Below, in pieces: positions 13,390-26,559 of a stretch of 64,000 nucleotides of DNA. The DNA is from Malacoraja senta (taxonomy: Eukaryota). The DNA lies in assembly GCA_038087875.1 (NCBI GenBank), contig CM075988.1, positions 7,752,001 to 7,816,000 of the forward strand. The letters run 5' to 3'. The position numbers were made by a program, and so were the translations under genes. Every line of letters starts with the position of its first letter. The stretch's first letter is position 1. The notes below the pieces were generated by a model. That model did not search any database, had not been told where the DNA came from, and saw only the letters and a list, made by a program, of their open reading frames with translations.

Positions 13390-14278
13390 CAAGTCAAGTC
13401 AAGTCAAGTCACATTTATTTATATAGCACATTTAAAAAACAACTCTCGTTGGCCAAAGTGCTTTTCATTTGTATAAGAATAGTATAACAGACAAACTACA
13501 AACTACAGAGGACGTCAAGAAAGGCTTGGGAGTACAGATGGGTTTATAGTCTCGACTTAAAGGAGTGGATGGAGGGGGCAGTTCTGATGGGAAGAGGGAT
13601 GCTGTTCCACAGTCTAGGAGCTGCAACCGCAAAGGCGCGGTCGCCCCTGAGCTTATGCCTAGACCGCGGGATATTCAGCAACCCCAAGTCGGCCGATCTG
13701 AGGGACCTGGAGGTGGAGTGGTGGGTGAGCAGACTTGTAATGTAGGTGGGGGCAAGCCCATTGAGGGCTTTGTAGACATGGAGGAGGATCTTGAAATTTA
13801 TTCGGAACCGCACAGGGAGCCAGTGGAGGGAGGCCAGGATCGGGGTGATGTGGTCCCTTTTTCGGGTGCCCGTCAGGAGTCTCGCTGCGGCGTTTTGGAC
13901 CAGTTGCAGGCGGGACAGGGAAGATTGGCTGATGCCAGCGTAGAGGGAGTTGCAGTAATCTAGGCGGGAGGAGATAAATGTGTGGATGATCTTTTCGAGG
14001 TCATCAAATTGGAGGAATTGTTTATTTTAGCTATCGTCCGAAGCTGAAAGAAGCTAGCTTTTACCACGGCATTGACTTGTTTGTCAAATTTCAGTGCTGA
14101 GTCAAATATCACGCCAATGTTTTTGACGTGAGGTTTGAGTAGTGGGGTAAGGCTTCCAAGGCTGCCTGCTATCATTTTGATTGAGTCCGAGGGGCCGAGA
14201 AGGATGACCTCGGACTTACTCTCGTTTAGTTGGAGGAAGTTCTGGGCCATCCAACACTTTATATCCTCGAGGCAGCGG
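13390..14278 (-). mobile_element. L2-clade LINE 3' fragment
   Basis: MAQNFLQLNESKSEV, GVIFDSALKFDKQV and RINFKILLHVYKALNGLAP..RSLRSAD..RAFAVAAPRLWNSIP; (ttgac)n tail; sits inside a Rex1-type 3' end. Confidence 0.88.
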
Positions 14279-17200
14279 ATTCTGCACGTTGTGTCTTCCC
14301 CTTTGCTCTATCTATTGTACTTGAGTTTGACGTGATTGTATTTATGTATAGTGTATGTGTTCTCTTTGAATCGCATGCTAAACAATGCTTGTCTCTGTGC
14401 CTCGGTACACATGATAACAATAAACCTAAACCTAAGCATGCTAGGCTGGAGTTAATTAGGAGAGATAATGGAACTGTTCAACCTGTGTTGTCACCACTCC
14501 AGAATCAAGGCTACCCCAGTTTCAATGATCAAGACATTGTTTGCACATGTTCTGAGTCAAGCATTGGCTCACTTGCCAAAGCATACAAGAGAATGAGCTA
14601 TATATTTAACATATGTAAAACATGTGCCCTTCTTGCAACCTGTCCCTATGTAACAGCAACCTCTGACAATAAACCTCTATGGTAAGATTCAGGAAACACT
14701 ACCCCTTCCATTGTCTTGGCAGCCAACTTTCAATACAGGCAGATGTCATTGATGAAATTTCGTATCATCTAAGCACACCAGTACCGCCCAGTCTTTGGCT
14801 GCCTTGAGGTCTACTGGGCAACAGTGATCCCTTTCCTCCTGTAAAATAGCAAAGAAACTTCTGATTGTATTGGCAGCTGGGCAGCATAGTAAGAAAGAAC
14901 AGCTTTGGAAGGAACTGCAGATGCTGGTTTACACCGAAGATAGACACAAACATCTGGAGTAGCTCAGCGGGTTCGGCAGCTTCTCTAGATAGAAGTAATA
15001 GGTGACATTTAGGGTCAAGACCTGAAACGTCTGAAAACGGTGTCGACCCGAAACGTCATCTATTTTCTCCAGCGATGTTGTCTGACCTGCTGAGTTACTC
15101 CTGATTTTTGTGTCTATCTTAAGCATATGTGTTGACTGTCCCATCTATCCTGTTTTACATTGGAGTCAGATCTAAGTAATCCTGATAATTAATATATCAT
15201 AATGCTCAACATTTGGCAGACCAGAAATGCTCTTACCTTCCTTTGATGGAACACCAACTCTTTGCTGAGTTGCATGTTCCATTATCTTGACCCAGTAGCT
15301 ACTTTTTTTCCATGGGAGTTGCAGACAGTGAATGATTGCAAGCAGAAAAATGACGTACAATATGCCTGAATATGGCATCACTATGTCTCCATATTAGTGC
15401 ATTATTTTCCCATGGAGATTAGCCTTGCTGAATTAAATCCAGCTCCTGTGTAATTTCTTTATTAAATATGGTGGGCGAGTTACAACAATTGTCGCATTCC
15501 TGCAGGGATTAGAGATTACAATGATGTGATTTCAACAATGGAGTGTTTCGGGATAGAGTAACAAGCAGTGACAATAGACAATAGGTGCAGGAGTAGCCCA
15601 ATCGGCCCTTCGAGCCAGCACCGCCATTCAATGTGATCATGGCTGATCATCCACAATCAATACCCCGTTCCTGCTTCTCCCCAAATCCCTTGACTCCGCT
15701 ATCTTTAAGAGCTCTGTCTGGCCCTCTCTTGAAAGCATCCAGAGAACCGGCCTCCACCGCCCTCTGAGGCGGAGAATTCCACAGACTCACAACTCTTTGT
15801 GTGAAAAAGTTTTTCCTCATCTCCGTTCTAAATTGCTTGCCCCCTATTCTTAAAGAAGTGAAGTGGGTAGGATGGACCTGCGGATGCTGGTTTACACCGT
15901 AGTTAGACACAAGAAGCTGGAGTAAGTCAGCGGGACAGGCAGCATCTCTGGAGAGAAGGAATGGGTTAATATAACCTGATGTTAGTGGACAAAACATTTG
16001 CAAATGAGTGGTTGATTGGTATTGAACAGATATTTTGTACATTTCTGTTGATGCGGTCTCGCAGCCATGTTGAACACCAGTAGCTCCGTCATATGGAGAG
16101 ACAATGACAAGCACACATCCCCTCCTGTGCCGTGATTATTTTCTCTCCACAATCCTGCAAGGTAAAGCCAGCAAAGTCCAGTCAAGGATAGTCCGAGGGA
16201 CATCAAAGAGGAAGATTCAGCTGCCTGAACCATCCTACCACAACCAGAGTGCAGTGCTGAACTACTATCTACCTCTTTGATGACCTTCTGACTATCGTTG
16301 GCCGGACTTTGCTGGCTTTACCTTGCACTAAACGTTACCCCCTTATCACGAATCTATACGCTGTCAATGGATTGATTGTAATCATGTATTGCCTTTCTGC
16401 TGACGGACTAGCTGGCGACAAAAAAGCTTTTCGCCGTACCTCGGTACACGTGACAATAAACTAAACTGCAACTGAAAGGAGTGAAAAATGAAAGCTGATG
16501 AGCTCGGCGCACTGAGCACTGTGGACTCAAGGCTTGAACTTGTAGGTCATGGATTTCTGCACACTGACAGTGACACGAATTATTGCTCTCTTCTGGTGGA
16601 TTATTAGCTGTGATTCCAGGGTGTTAACGATGGATTATTACACGGATGATAAATGGAGAGTATGAGTGGCAGCTTTTTTTTATTGGAAACCGTTTTTTAG
16701 GTTGCGACCACAAGTGTACACTTTAAGCTGTCTTTAAATTGGAGATTTCCTAAATAGGTGCTTCTGTAGCCATTGGCTGCTGCTTCTGCACGGCACCCGA
16801 TAAAGTTTGCTTGTTGAATATTAATGAGACCCAAAGCATTGATGTAACATTTAATTATCTGTTAGCTGCTTTCTGAAAGAAAACATGGCAATATGCAAGG
16901 AATGTTGCTTCTGCCGTTATCAGTGCTATGTGTGTGTGTGTGTGTGTGAGAGAGAGGAGTGGGGATGGGTGAGAAAAGAGAGAGAAAATGGGTGATATCT
17001 GACAAGGGTGAATGGGAGCATTCCATCAGTCAACAAATTTAAATTTGCTTTCATCCAAATCGCCAAATCTCAAATACTTTCATGAATCAAAGAACGTCGT
17101 TTCCCTCTGAAGAATCAGCTGAATTCATTGCTGGACCTGAAGCCATCTCATCCATTTATACAGCTGCGAAACTGCTGCATTTGGTCCCAGTAGCCTCTGT

Positions 17201-19596
17201 ATTCTGGAAGTAGAATGGGATGCATGCGTGAACGGGTAACTGGAAAATTTAGAAATGCAGGAGTTGCTGAGGTACCGCTGAATGGATCCTCGTCATTATT
17301 TCATTTATTGGCCTCTGCCTGGTGAGATTGAGGATGTTGGGAAGAAAGGTGTTTGGTGGAAGGCCATTGTTTGGGAATGGTGGGAGAAAGGAAAAGATTG
17401 CCAACCTGAGTGAGAGAAGGAATTGAACAGCAGCACAAGGTCACTTGATTCAATGGTGGCTTCTAACGTTGGCATTGTAAGATTAGGGCAAAAGATAAGA
17501 TGGCAGGAGACCAAATGTTGGAGGCTACTATTTGGTACCGGCATCCTCCTGCAGAGACCACTGGGACCAAATGAAGCAACATCTCCGCTGTTAAGGTGGG
17601 TGAGATGGCTGTTGGCTTCTGGGCCAGGACTGAAGGGATGAATTCACCTGATTCTTCAGAGGGAAACAATATTCTTTGATTCAAGAATGCATTTGAGACG
17701 GTGACTAGGTTGAAACCAAAGTTAAATTTGTTGACTGATCGAATTTCCCCACTCACCATTGTCAGATAACACCCATTTTCTCCCTCTTTTCTCAGCCCTT
17801 CCCTGCACTCCTCTCCCTCATACACAATTGCAGAGTGAGAGCAGACCACAGAAGGCAAGCTTTGGGGGGCAGGGAGAAGCAGTCTTCTTCCAGCTGGCCC
17901 TTGGGTAGTGATGGAGAATCCCTCGTCTATTCATAAATGGGAATTGAACCTGTTGGAAACACTTTTCAGGTCAGGTAGCATCTTAGTTTAGTTTAGTGAT
18001 ACAACGGGGAAACAGGCCCCTTCAGCCCACTGAGTCTGCACCGACCAGCGAACCCTGCATGTTAACACTATCCTACACACACCAAGGACAATTTACACAT
18101 ACACCGCCAATTAACCTACAAACCTGTACGTCTTTGGAGTGTGGGAGAAAACCGAAGATCTCTGAGAAAACCCACGCGGTCACGGGGAGAACGTACAAAC
18201 TCCGTACAGACAGCACCCGTAGCCTGGATCAAATCCGGGTGTCTGGCGCTGCAAGCGCTGTAAGGCAGCAACTCTACCGCTGCACCACCATGCAAAAAAG
18301 AGGTACCTTACAAGAGTCCACCATTAAACATGAGCTCTTGTTTCTCTCTCCACTGATGCTGCCTTATCTGCTGAGAATTTGCAACATTTTCTGTTTTTAT
18401 TTCAGATTTCTAGCTTTGGCAGTTTTTGAGTTTAGAGTTTAGAGGTACAGCATGGAAACAGGCCATTCGGCCCCACCAAGTCCGCGCCGTCCTGCGATCC
18501 CCACACACTAACACTGTCCTACACACACGAGGGACAATTTACTATTTTACCAAAGCCAATTAACCTACAAACCTGCACATCTTTGGAGTGTGGGAGGAAA
18601 CCGGAGATCCCGTGCAGACCGCACCCTTGGTCAGGATCGATCCCGGGTCTCTGGCTCTGCGAGGCAGCAGCTCTACCGCTGCGCCACCCCTTGAATCCGT
18701 ACCTCTTCATCCTTCTGCCAGTGTTTAATCTACCTTGATTTTCAGCATTTACCATGCGTTCATTTTTAGAATCAGAAACAAAGAGGTAAAAATCTGCCGA
18801 TGGAGAGAGAGCGAATAAATGCCTGGTTTCACTCCAGCACAACACGGGAAAAGATAGCCATGAACATTTATGGTACTTGGGATGGACTGTCATATTTCAT
18901 AAGCATTGAGCTTTCTATGGGGCTGTACGTTCACAGAGTAATTAGAAAAGGTCAGAATTCATCATTATCCACCAAATCAGGCGAAGCACTGTGAAGTCAA
19001 TTAATTTTGCATCTGTATTTTTTATGATCCGTTCAATTTTTACATCTGACTGTAGGTCTTCATCAGGACAGATATACTGCAGCAGGGCAGTAAATGAGAA
19101 TTTCTCACAAATGAGCTGCAGTAATTGGCATATTTATTAACTGCTCCCCCACTCCCCCCCCCCCACACACACAAATGCCCTTGTACAGTGACTTAAACAA
19201 CAAGCCGCTCTCTCGGGCTGCTGCTGTGAAACTGCGCTTAATCCTTAGTTTACTGTAGAAGGAATTTGATCCAAAGCCCCTTGCTCAGACTCACTTGCCT
19301 ATTTGCCTGTGGTGGGGATTGAACGTGAGAGTTTTATTCCAGGAATGCACAAATGTCAAATCTGGTGTCTGAGTTGGGCATTATCCTCTGACTGAGATAT
19401 GCTGCACAATTATCTCATTAAAATCCCATTGCACAGCCAAGCAGTGCCAGTTTACTCGTGTCAGGAGCTGTGTGTGATTTGCGGTTTAAATACTGTCATG
19501 TACTAAAGGGCTCAATTGATAGCAATCGCAAATCTGTAGGTCAGGTTTAGCTTAGTTTAGAGATTCAGTGCGGATACAGGCCCTTCGGCCCACCGA

Positions 19597-20391
19597 TTAG
19601 ATAGATAGATAGATAGATATGCCTTTATTGTCATTCAGACCGAAGTCTGGACAAAATTGCAGCAGTCATAAATATAATACAATAAAAACAACAATAAACA
19701 CATATTAACATCCACCACAGTGAGTCCACCCAGCATCTCCTCACTGTGATGGAGGCAAAATTCTTAGGTCTGCAGTCTCTTCCCTCCTCTTCTCCCTCTG
19801 CGCTGAGGCGATACCCCCCGGGCGATGTTATAATCAGTCCCGCGGCTCAAACACCGTGGCCCGGGGTGGTCGAAGCTGCCGCCCACCAGTCCTGCTGGCC
19901 CGCGGCCGAACCCCGGACCCAGGCCACCACCGCCAGAACACCGTCCCAGCCACCCTCACGTGAGTACCGTGCCGTCTTCAGCCTCGGGCTGGGCCGCCCC
20001 GACATGGGCGCCGAACCTCCCCTGGGCCGGGCTGCCCCGACATGGGCGTCGCTTCTTCCCCGGGCCGGGCCGCCCCGACATGGGCGCCGAACCTCCCTCG
20101 GGCTGCGAGCGCCGCACCTCCCCGAGCTCGGCCGCTCCAACGGGAGCCTCGTTCCACCCTTGGGCTGGCCGCCCTCACGAGAGCGCCACAACCTCTCACG
20201 GGACCACTGTTCCAGCCCTGAGCCAGACCACCCTCACGGGAGCGAGCTAGCTCAGGGCGAGTCCTGACGGGCTCTGCCTCCGGAGCCTCGAGGTCATCAG
20301 CTCCATTAGGCCTCAGCGCAGACGGAGGCAGAGAAGGGGAATACGACAAAAAAGTCGCATTCCCCTGCAGGGAGAGACTGCAAACCCCGTT
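19597..20391 (-). mobile_element. GC-rich non-coding retroposon, second copy, inserted in a SINE
   Basis: Shares blocks with 11684-12564 in reverse complement; (tatc)n tail; internal tandem repeat of about 38 bp. Confidence 0.7.
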
Positions 20392-20744
20392 TCCGCACTG
20401 ACCAGCACTAAATCCGCACTGACCAGCGATCTCAGTACACTCACACTATACTATGCACTTCGGACAATTTTTAGTTTTTATCAAAGCCAATTAACTTACA
20501 AATCTGTACATCTTTGGAGTGTCGGAGGAAACCGGAGCACCGGGAGAAAATCCCACGCAGTCATGGGGTGAACGTACAAACTCTGTACAGCCAGCATTGT
20601 AGTCAGGATCGAAGACAGCAACTCTACCGCTGCGCCACTGTGCGCCACTAAGAGGTTGCGTATCCTCTTCAGGGTATGGAGCACAATATTCAGACTGGCA
20701 ATTCAGTGTAATGCTAGGAGTTCAGTTTAGTTTAGTGATATACT

Positions 20745-21245
20745 GACTGGTTGCATTGTGGTTTGTTTCGGTAACATGAGCGTCCAGGAGCGGAAAAGAA
20801 TGCAGAAAGTTGTAACCACTGCCCAGTCCATCATCGGCTCTGACCTCCCCACCATCGAAGGGATCTATCACAGTCGCTGCCTCAAAAAGGCTGCCAACAT
20901 CATCAAGGACCCACACCATCCTGCCCACACACTCATCTCTCTGCTGCCATCAGGTAGAATGTACAGGAGCCTGAAATCTGGTACATCCAGGTTCAGGAAC
21001 AGCTACTTCCCCACAGCGATCAGGCTATTAAACTCGCCATCAAACAAACTCTGAACAATAACAGCCTATTGCACTTCATCTGTTTATTTATGTGTATATA
21101 TATATATATGGTCTATGCTATATAGACACACTGAACTGTTCTGTATTTATGCTTACAATATTCTGTTGTGCTGCAGCAAGCAAGAATTTCATTGTCCTAT
21201 CTGGGACACATGACAATAAACTCTCTTGACTTGACTCTTGACTTG
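20745..21245 (+). mobile_element. Rex1/Babar 3' fragment (others near 5680-6270 +, 13000-14435 +, 34840-35145 -, 43640-43970 -, 56070-56610 +)
   Basis: KAANIIKDPHHPAH..LLPSGRMYRS...RFRNSYFPTAIRLLN; tail tgacaataaa plus short tandem repeat. Confidence 0.85.
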
Positions 21246-21506
21246 AATCAAGTCCATCAGCCCTAATGTGTCCTTGCCGACCATCGGTCACACTAGTTCA
21301 ATGTTAGCCTAGTTTCCCACCCATTATCTATACACTGGGCGCAATTTACACAGATGCCAAATAACCTATAAAAGCGCAACTCATGTTTGGATGTGGGAGG
21401 AAATTGGAGCACCTGTAGAAAGCCCACACGGTCACTGGGAGAATGTACAACTCCTTACAGAATAGCACCCATTGTCAGGATGGTACCCGGGTCTCTGGTG
21501 CTGTAA

Positions 21507-22022
21507 AGGGCCTGTCCCACGGGCATGCGACTCCATGCGGCAAGCGCGACCTAACCGCAAGCGGGGGCCGTGCGGAGGTCGAGTGATCCCCGTACAGGGC
21601 CGGTCCCACCAGCATGCGGCTGCATGCGGCAAGTGTTACCAAACCGGAAGCGGGGGCCGCGCGGAGGTCGAGTGACGTCAAGACGGTGCGTACGGCGGCG
21701 AGGCGGTGCGGACGGCCATTGAGGCGTGCGCACGGCCTCGAGGCGGCTGCGTCTGGCATCGAGGCGGCGTGCACGGCCTCGAGGCAGCTGCATCCGGCGT
21801 CGATGCGGCGCGCACGGCCTCGCAGCGGCTGCGAGGCGGCAGGCCGTTGCCGCACGGAATTTTTGAACAGTGTCAGTTTTTCGGAGCCCCGCACGATGTC
21901 GGGACCAACTCCATATGGTTCCGGCGATCGAAGTGGGACCGGCCCCGCGACCTACGCACGGCCCCCACTTGCGGTTAGGTCGCGCTTGCCGCATGGAGTC
22001 GCATGCCCGTGGGACAGGCCCT
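21507..22022. mobile_element. Non-autonomous PIF/Harbinger-like MITE (family A)
   Basis: TIRs of about 75 bp beginning AGGGCCTGTCCCAC; exact TAA duplication (21504-21506, 22023-22025). Inserted in a SINE whose empty site ctgTAAggcagc is reconstructed exactly. Confidence 0.85.
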
Positions 22023-24730
22023 TAAGGCAGCAGCTCCACTGCTGCACCACTGTGTCACCAGATCAGTAGATGTTTTTGATATTGAGGGATTCAAGGGATA
22101 TAAGGATAGTGCAAGAAAATAGTGGTGGATAATGATGGAGGAGGAGCATGCTGGAGATGACCTCCTGAAAGAGCATTTGTTTAGTTTTAATTTAGCAATA
22201 CAGCTTGCCCTTCAGCCCACTGAGTCCACGCCTACCAGCGAACACCCGTACACGAGTTCTGTCCTACACACTAGGGACAATTTACCTACAAACCTGCACG
22301 TGTTTAGCACGTGGGAGGAAACAGGAGCACTGGGAGAAGACCCACGCAGTCACATGGAGGACATGCAAACTCCACACGAATAGCACTCCAGGTCAGGATC
22401 AAACCTGGGACTCGGGTGCTGTGAGGCAGCAGCTCTACCAGCTGCGCCACTGTGCCACTCTTTACTGGAGATGTTATATTGAGTAGTGGATGTGTAAATG
22501 ATGTGGTGTGATTTTGAAATAAAGTAGGGGATGTTCTTCCTGGTGCTTCGGCCTATATATATATCCCGCAACAGACAACAATGGTCATTTCATACACTGC
22601 AGTTTGTGGAAGTAAATAATCTTCCAACTGTGGCTTCCAACGTAGAACAGTACAGCACAAGAACAGGCCCTTCAGCCCACAATGTCTGTGCCGATCATGA
22701 TGCCAAGATAAACTAATCCCCTCTGTCTGCAATTATCCATATCCCACCATTCCTTGCATATCCATGCACCCGTCTAAAAGCCCCTTGCACTCTACTCTTG
22801 TATCTGGTTCCACCACCACCACCCCCGGCAGCATGTTCCTGGCAAGCACCACGCTCTGTGTAAAAGAAAACTTGCCGCGGAAATTTTGCTCCTCTCATTT
22901 TAAAGATATTTCTTCATGTCTTTGACATTTCCACCCTTGGGAGAAGAAGTTCTGACTAATTTCCATTTCTATGCCTCTCATAATTTTATACACTCCTTTC
23001 AGTTCCATCATTGTGCAGTGTTCCAGAGAAAACAATTCACTTTGTCCAACCTCTCCTTGTAGTTAGTTTCTCTTTCTATTTTTACTTCAAATTGACATTA
23101 ATTGTTGTAAAATGCTTTATGATGCAGATTTGTCAAGAATGTTCTTTGATAAATGGAAATAATCTTCCTTTGATTTTATGAAAGTCTTGACTACCTAACT
23201 TGTTTTCTGGTAAGAAACTTGTGTTTAGTTTCAGTAGGTTATGGTTCAGTAATTCACTGGTTATGTCACTGGATTCAGTCAGAAATCAAGAGTTATCGTT
23301 CACAGGAATGGCATCGAGCATTAAATGAGCGTGAAAGGTTGCGGGTCATTGTCTTTATCAAGGAAGATGCCACAGGAATCTCAGCTGAAGAAGATGTAAC
23401 GATTTTGAATGGGTAAAAATTGATTGGGAATAACAAAACAGCTTGAAGTGGTCAAGTGGAATGGTTACCTGGTCAAGATTGAATGCAAACTGGGCGGCTG
23501 AGAGAGGGAGGAAGGAAGGAAGATGTAGAGGCCATGCTAATAATCTTCCAAACATTTGTAGACTCATGGGTGGTGCCTCAGTACTAAATGAATGTGTGTG
23601 TGTGTGCATGCGTGTGACAGTGAGTCTGTTACACACTTGTTTGAAATGGGGAAAAGGGATAAATCCTCAGGAATACATATATATGCAGCATATGTGTGCA
23701 TATGTGTATGTGTTTACACACGTTTCTCCTAAGGTGGTTGGATGAAAACCAGGGAATTGGCAGGTTGTTGAATCTAATGTTAATAGCCATCCAAAGCCCT
23801 GTAATGAGGAATTGAAACAGGTACCACACTAAAGTAAAATGGTCACTCAGACCAAATTAAAAATAGCTGTTCGAAATAAAAGCAGAAACTGCTGGAAATA
23901 TGCAGCAAGTCAGAATCGGTAGGAAAATAAATAAATAGTCAGTATTTCATGTTGATGACATTTCATTAGAGCTGATGTTTTTTAATTTACATGGATGGCA
24001 CAACTTTTGGTATTGGCTGATCAATCGACTTGAAAATATTGAGAAATAAATAGAACAAAGTGTGGGATTTTCTCTGAGACCGGACCTGACAATAAAGCTG
24101 TGTCGAAAGGTTTCTAGGACATCAGCAAATCTAAAGAATGACAACTTATCTGAGAGTGTGCAGGCAAGTGTTGTGAAGCAATGAGTGAATTTACCACAGT
24201 CTTGCTACCTTACTTGAAGGTCCTTGCTTTGTGAGTTGTCTTCTGAAATGATCGATGTGTGAAATGGGTAACTTTTGAATGAGCAGGATTGACCTTTGGA
24301 CTGTTTAGAAGGATGAGGGTGGACCTCATTGAAACTTGCGAATAGTGAAAGGCCTGGATAGAATGGGTGTGGAGATGATATTTCCACTGGTGGGAGAGTC
24401 TAGGACCCGAGGTCATAGCCTCAAAATAAAAGGACATTCCTTTAGAAAAGAGATAAGGAGAAATTGATTTAGTCAGAGGGTGATGACTGTGGAATTCATT
24501 GCCACAGACAGCTGTGGAGGCCGTCATTGGGCATTTTCAAGGTGGAGATTCTGTGTCAGGGGGTTATGGGGAGAAGGCAGGAGAATGGGGTAGAGAGGGA
24601 AAGGTAAATCAGCCCTGATTGTATGGAGGGGTAGACAATGGGCCGAATGGCCTAATTCTGCTCCTATCACTTATGAACTCATGACTGGGTTAGAATTGCC
24701 GGGTTTGATAGCCGTTCTGTTTTCTTGCAG

Positions 24731-24919
24731 ATGGTAAAAGCCATTCAGGTTCTGCGAATCCATCTACTAGAACTGGAGAAAGTCAACGAGCTTTGCAAAG
24801 ACTTCTGTAACCGCTACATAACCTGTCTTAAGACGAAGATGCACAGTGACAACCTACTTCGCAATGACCTAGGAGGTCCATACTCCCCAACAGCTGTGAC
24901 ACATACCCTCCCAGCACAG
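24731..24919 (+). CDS. PKNOX2: PKNOX2 internal coding exon (HR2 region)
   Basis: tttcttgcag acceptor; CAG|gtagga donor; 189 bp, phase 0 to 0, in frame with the previous exon. Encodes [63 protein letters not shown]. Confidence 0.96.
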
Positions 24920-25709
24920 GTAGGAGCATGGAACATGTTCCAGAGTTACTTTCTTTAATGCGGCCTTTGGGAAAAGATGGAGCAGGTGTTCCAGCAATGT
25001 GCTGTTCTCTACTCAACCAAAGTAGGGTTTTTTTTTGGAAACAAACAACTGCAGATGCTGGTTTAAAAACAAAGACACAAAGTACTGGATGAACTCAACG
25101 AGTCAGGCAGCATCTCTGGAGAACGTGGATAGGTGATGTTTTGGGTCAGGACCCATCTTCTGACTGATTGTAGCCTTTGCTTGCCTTTGCAAGTGGGGAA
25201 AGAAGGCTGGAAGAGAAGAGGGGCATGACAAAGCGTAGCAGATAATAAACGGTGGGGGGGGGGTTGATAGGCACATAGTTGGATAAAGGCATGAGATGAA
25301 AAAAAAGGTGTGAAACAAAAAGATCGTAGAGTTGTGAATTCCCAGTTTCCAAATCAACTTATAGTAGTGAACTAGTAGCCCAGCGACACTGCGCTGTTTT
25401 ATGGAGGACAATTCGATTTTTAAAAAAATGGTAAAATATATTCTGTGGACGTAGAGCCAGGCAGCTAAAACCCAGTGGGTAAACCCAGTATTAATGTTGA
25501 TTCATCAAATTTCAAGTAACCCCTGTATTCCCCTCTTTCCCCCCTCTTCCCCACCTTAGTTGTCCTGCTAGTTCCACTGTTCACATCCCAGTATCCCTTG
25601 GTTATCCCCTCTTCCCCAGCCAACAATGGGCCATTGTGAGCTCCTCCCCTTCCTTGGTCATCTGTTGCCAGCCCTGATTTTTTCTGGCCTTTTCCTACCT
25701 CTAGTTCCC

Positions 25710-26559
25710 CATCTCTCATTCCCCATCCCCCCACTCGTAACAAGGGCAGAGTCGCCCTTGTCCTCACCTTCCACCCTTCCACCTACCAGCCGTCACGTAC
25801 AACATATAATCCTCCGACATTTTCCGCCCACCTCCAACGTGATCCCACCACTTGCCACATCTTCCCATCTCCTCCCCTGTCTGCTTTCCGTAGAGACCGC
25901 TCCCTCCGTAACTCCCTGGTCAATTCGTCCCTTCCCACCCGAACCACCCCGTCTCTCGGGCACTTTCCTTTGCAACCGCAGGAATGCTACACTTGTTGCT
26001 TTACCTCCCCCCTTGACTCCATTCAAGGACCCAAGCAGTCTTTCCAGGTGCGGCAGAGGTTCACCTGCACCTCCTCCAACCTCATCTATTGCATCCGCTG
26101 CTCTGGATGTCAGCTGCTCTACATCAGTGAGACCAAGCGTAGGCTTGGCGATCGCTTCGCAAAACACCTCCGCTCGGTTCGCAATAACCAACCTGATCTC
26201 CAAGTGGCTCAGCACTTCAACTCCCCCTCCCATTCCAAATCCGACCTTTCTGTCCTGGGCCTCCTCCATGGCCAGAGTGAGGACCACCGTAAATTGGAGG
26301 AGCAGCATCTCATATTTCGCTTGGGCAGTTTGCACCCCCAGCGGTATGAACATTGACTTCTCTAATTTCAGGTAGTCCTTACTTTCTCTCCCCTTCTCAG
26401 GCTCTCCCTCAGCCCACTGTCTCCACCTCTTCCTTTCTTCTTCCCGCCCCCCCACCCTCACATCAGTCTGAAGAAGGGTTTCAACCCGAAACGTTGCCTA
26501 TTTCCTTCGCTCCATAGATGCTGCCTCCCCCGCTGAGTTTCTCCAGCATTTTTGTGTAC
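25710..26559 (+). mobile_element. Penelope-like retroelement 3' fragment (GIY-YIG endonuclease plus 3' end), nested in another Penelope-type copy
   Basis: Translation FTCTSSNLIYCIRCSGCQLLYISETKRRLGDRFAKH...HFN...EEQHLIFRLGSLHP is a PLE-type C-terminal GIY-YIG domain. 12-bp TSD cctctagttccc (25698-25709, 26560-26571). Outer copy 25449-26684 has TSD aatatattctgtgg. Confidence 0.88.

Noticed and set aside
21432..22069. Overlapping 140-150 aa Arg/Ala-rich ORFs on both strands
   Set aside because: Artefact of the GC-rich, stop-poor palindromic MITE; no domain or splice signals. The same applies at 30958-31751 and 45451-45807.
9569..24919. Alternative identity as MEIS1-3 or PKNOX1
   Set aside because: EQATQGSECITSASFDVDIENFVHQQEQEHKPFF and [28 protein letters not shown] match recalled PKNOX2 rather than the paralogues; a phylogeny would confirm.
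25970..26356. GIY-YIG ORF as a domesticated host nuclease gene
   Set aside because: Four dispersed, truncated or frameshifted copies with TSDs in this window; no proper start or splice signals.
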